From the NCBI RefSeq assembly GCF_009914755.1, contig NC_060926.1: a DNA stretch of 64,000 nucleotides; one strand, 5' to 3'. The notes under the pieces are model-generated. The model was given only the letters and a program-made list of their open reading frames with translations. It was not told the origin of the DNA and did not search any database. Positions 59,600 to 64,000 of the stretch are shown here, one piece after another (positions within the stretch are counted from its first letter, which is position 1; every line of letters starts with the position of its first letter). Origin of the DNA: the human T2T-CHM13v2.0 reference genome, Homo sapiens. Made by a program: the position numbers and the translations under genes.

Positions 59600-60135
59600 T
59601 GTATTAATTATCTGTTGCTATGTAACAAATTACTCCAGAACTTAGTGGCATAAAGCAACAAACGTTTATTTTCTCATACATTTCCTGAGGGCCAGGAGTT
59701 TGGGAGCAGTTTAGCTGGGTGATTCTGGCTGAGGGTCTCTCATGAGGATGCAGTCAAAGCGCTGGCCAGTAGGCAGTCATCTGAAAGTCTGACTGGGAGT
59801 GGAGGATCCAATTCTAAGACAGCTCATTCATTCACATGGCTGTTAGCGGGAGGCCTCAGCTACTCATCACATAAGCCTTTCCACATAGTTTCTTAGGCAA
59901 CATCATAACATAGCAGCTGACTTCCTGACAGGAGACTAATCCAAGAAATACAAGGTATCTGACCAAAATGGAAGCTATGATGTATTTTATTACCTAACCC
60001 CAGAATTGATAAAAACATCCATGGTCTATTGGTTACACAGACTAATCCCAGCACAATGTGAGAGGGGAATGTACAAGGGTGTAAGTACCAGGAGGTGGGG
60101 CTTGTTGAGAGCCATCTTGCTGGCCGCTAACACAC
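59600..60135 (-). mobile_element. MLT1-type solo LTR
   Basis: tgtattaattatctgttgctatgtaacaaattactccagaacttagtggc...gagccatcttg. Confidence 0.75.
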
Positions 60136-62537
60136 CAAAAAAGTTTTGCTTCCATAATTATGAATTAAAGTGTTTATAACAGAATTATACTAACATTGAT
60201 GCATTTTTTTTGAGAAAATGTTTTCTGGAATAAGCTCCATGAAACCAATTAAATTTCTTGATCAATTTTCTATACAGCACAAGTATCCTATTTCTAATTG
60301 TATTTTCATGTTTCTATTGCTTAATGTATTTTCATGAATTTTTTTCCACATTTATTTCCTAAGATGTTATTTGTTGCTCAGGTTTACTAAGGCTTTTTGC
60401 TAATCAGTTTTACTATCATGAGTTTTCTGTTGCAGCTTTTAGATCTATCAAGTCAAATTTTCCATCAAGTCAAATTTTCCAAAGCTAGGTTGAACAGATG
60501 TAACTTTGGTGAAGACTGATTCTATATCGATATTTATCAGTAACTCCAATTTTGTATTTTGAACAGTTTTAACTATAGTAATTTTCATTCTATGGTAATT
60601 ATTTCTGTCTGTAATTTTCCTTGTGAGTTGGATTAAAGGCCACTATTTGGTAGTTATTCCTTAGCTAATCTATGAAGTAGTGGTGAGTAATCCCAGGTGG
60701 TTCAGAATTGCTTGATTGTTCAGGAAGGTCCTATAGCAGAGCTTACTAACTTTGTTACCCATCTTTCTGTGCCCCGTATTCCAGCTGCCTTCACCATCAT
60801 TGAAGGAATATATAAGCAATATCCCTGGCATCAAAACACAAAAGGTTGTGTTCCCCAAGGGTTAAAGTAAACCCTCAATCGCCTCACCTCCTCTTCCTAA
60901 GTGTGACTTTTCCCCACCCTTCCACCTGACCTTAACCCAATGAAAACTCGAAAGTTGTTGACATCTGTGAGCTTTGATCAAATTAGGGCTAACAGCAGGT
61001 TAAAGGAAAAATCAGGTTTTTGAGGGCTGAAAAACACATTGGCCTTTTTCTTCCTTAAAGTTTTCTGAGCCTGGATCCTGGAACCAAGTCCTCCTCCTAT
61101 TATGTGTTTATTGAATAAATAGACAAATGTATGAGCAGATTTTAAAAAACTGGTTAATTCCTAAGTTCCATGAAGGGCATTAGTAGAAGAAATCTTTTGA
61201 GGACCTACATTTTTTTAATCTGCAAATGATGCTCTCGTTGTTGTATGACTGAGAAACTCTCAACACAGAGACACCTCATTTTAACTTAACATGATTGTGC
61301 TACAACTGGCTTAGATTATTTTTCCTAATAAATGAAATTCTACAGAAATGACAGTTCCCTGCATTTTCTCCTAATCCATTTATTGGATTGATGTTCCATG
61401 AATTTTCAATACTTTACATACATTGAAACAAGAAGGTCAATCGTAACCTCCTTTCACCCCTTCTTGGAGAATTTCCTTCAACCAGAAATCCATCAGTTTG
61501 TTTTTTGGTGTGTGCTCAGCCCCTCTTTTGCTCTCTCCCTCCCCAAAGGGAACCCTTTTATAAGCTGAGATGAACCATTTAGATTCTCCCTTTTGAAATG
61601 GTCAAGCTGAGAAACCCAAATTGAGTTCTATGATCCTGGCACTGAAGATTCTCGGGCTAAGTCATAACATGCTTTGTGGTCTGTGTTTCAGAGAGATGAA
61701 TGTAGGTGAGCTGTGTCTGGGGAAGGGAGGAAGGTACCAGGCCAATTACACTAACCACGGAAAGAGGTGAGGAGAGCCACCAGGTACCTGCAGTGGAAAT
61801 AAATGGAAAAAGCACTTGGTGGAAACTGCACCGAAGAGGGGGTTTGTCGAAACAAAAACAATCAAAGACATAGGAGTTCAATCTGGGTGACTGCTGGGGA
61901 CACAGATGCCTTTAACAAAGAGATCACAGAAAGCATTGCCCCTTTGAGGGTCTAGATGTTCAGCAGGCAACTCAAAACTGGGAATTCAAACAAGCCTCCC
62001 TTTGTGACTTAATATGTTCTTTTAAAAATTGTACTGTATTAACAGTTTGGTAGGAAAGCAATAGAATTACATTGTTAAAGAGTGTTAACATAAAGAAGGA
62101 AGAAACTGTAATTCCCCTATTACCGTTTTATGTTTTTTTCCAGTCATTTTCCGGATGTTTAAAAATATGTACTATTAGATTGCTTTTAAAGAAAAATTTT
62201 AATTTTGGATAAGCCAACATTTCTGAGTCTAGGGTTTCCAAAACTAAGGCTTTTGGAGGCGTGCTGGGTCAAAAATAGAAGCTCGGTAAATACTTGCTCA
62301 GTAGTGGCCTAGAACACTAAATATAAATTTAAAATGTTTTCTTTTTTTGAGGATTTAAATGTTTCCTTAACCTGAAAGCGAAACAGATTTTTGTTTGTTT
62401 TGCTGTAACGAGAGAGGAAGGAACAAGAGAGTGACAGGGTGAAGCAACTTCTCCCAGAAACTTTTGGGCGCAAACGCCCTCAAGTCCGGATCATTGGAAA
62501 GTAACTCGAAGAGAGGAGAGAACTAGCGCAAGCGTAG

Positions 62538-62909
<372 letters not shown>

Positions 62910-63869
62910 TAGGAGCCACCTCGGGAAGAGGTCTCAGGGTGGCGGTCGCAGACACTGGGTCTTCTTCCCGCGGCGTCGTGTCTGCGGCTGATGCGCCCCT
63001 GGGTTAAGCCTTAGGAAGTTTGCGATGGAGACACCCGTGAGCTGTGGGCGCGGGGCCTGAGGCAAAAAAAATGGATTTGTGCCGCGGGCGGTAGAGCTTC
63101 GGGCTGTTCCCGACGTTTTGAAACTACCATTTAGGATTTTGGCTACTGAAAATTGGGAGAAATGGGGCTAACTGGAGGGTCTTCCTTATGTGGACTTGGA
63201 TGTTGTAGTCCCCGTTTGTAATGCCTGAGAATTCCGATAAGCGGGAAGAAAGCAGCCCACAGCATCGTAAATTAAGGAGAAAAAAAATTAATCTACAACC
63301 TGAATTCTGCTGTCTAGAGTAAAAGGAAAAAAAGTTAGCTTTAGATTTTTGCCCTAATTAATGCTGTTCTGGTAACAGGTTTGGCAGAGAGAGACACAGG
63401 TTTTTATAGCTTCAAACCAGATCATACTTTACATAATTTAAATTCCTTCATCTTGCTTTTTCTCTTTAATAATGTGTGTTTGACATGTTGTCATGGTATT
63501 ACAAAGATATGTACCTCACTCTTTTTTATGGCTCTGTATATATGGGCCTATGAGCTCCATATTATTGCCATTAAAACCTATGTAACAGCGCGTAAAGGGG
63601 ACGCATGTGTAGTATGAAATTTTGAAAGCTATTAGTACTTTAACATTGCCCTCCAAAAAATGTTGATCCACTTTGTACTCCTACCAGTAGGAACGGTCTT
63701 CTAACAGAGAAGATTATAGCAAAAAATAAAATCTCTTCTTAATTCCCATTCCCTTGTTTATTATAAGATTAAGTATTTTAGGCTCTCAAAGGTGGAAGAA
63801 ACTTTATGGGTTGGACAGATTATATAGGTGTATATGTTATATGTATATCTTACGACTTTCAACCTAGGT

Positions 63870-64000
63870 TTTCATACTTTGCTTCCCTTTGTTTCTTAAA
63901 GGGGTTTTATATTGTGTTACGTATAAGTAATCCAGAGATGACTTAAAGTATACAGGAGGATGTGCATAGGTTATATGCAGATACAGGTATACCTCATACA
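63870..64000. mobile_element. Tigger3/MER7-like fragment in MRPL44 intron 1
   Basis: tataagtaatccagagatgacttaaagtatacaggaggatgtgcataggttatatgca. Confidence 0.7.

Overview
Human genomic DNA (an AluYb9 copy is present), recognisable as the WDFY1-MRPL44 locus (2q36.1, from recall). The minus strand carries WDFY1 coding exons 1-7 (ATG at 50540; 725 nt of CDS, all junctions GT-AG and phase-consistent), and the gene continues beyond the left edge. MRPL44 exon 1 starts on the plus strand at 62730, head-to-head with WDFY1 but 12.2 kb away, each gene with its own CpG island. The rest is repeat-rich: about 48 Alus, a near-complete Tigger1, L1M/L2/MIR fragments, several solo LTRs, MER elements and a MADE1 hairpin, plus a TSD-flanked GTF3A (TFIIIA) processed pseudogene in WDFY1 intron 1. 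Most notable: (1) an upstream AUG opening a 92-codon out-of-frame ORF (MGC...) across spliced WDFY1 exons 1-3; (2) a U12-type minor intron (intron 5) holding a MADE1 hairpin and a cryptic U2 donor; (3) a G-rich ~32-bp minisatellite in intron 1 crossed by a 474-codon ORF; (4) a very young AluYb9 inserted into the target-site duplication of an older Alu next to an inverted Alu. I cannot demonstrate a wholly new system from sequence alone. Repeat subfamily names are from recalled consensus sequences and repeat boundaries are approximate.
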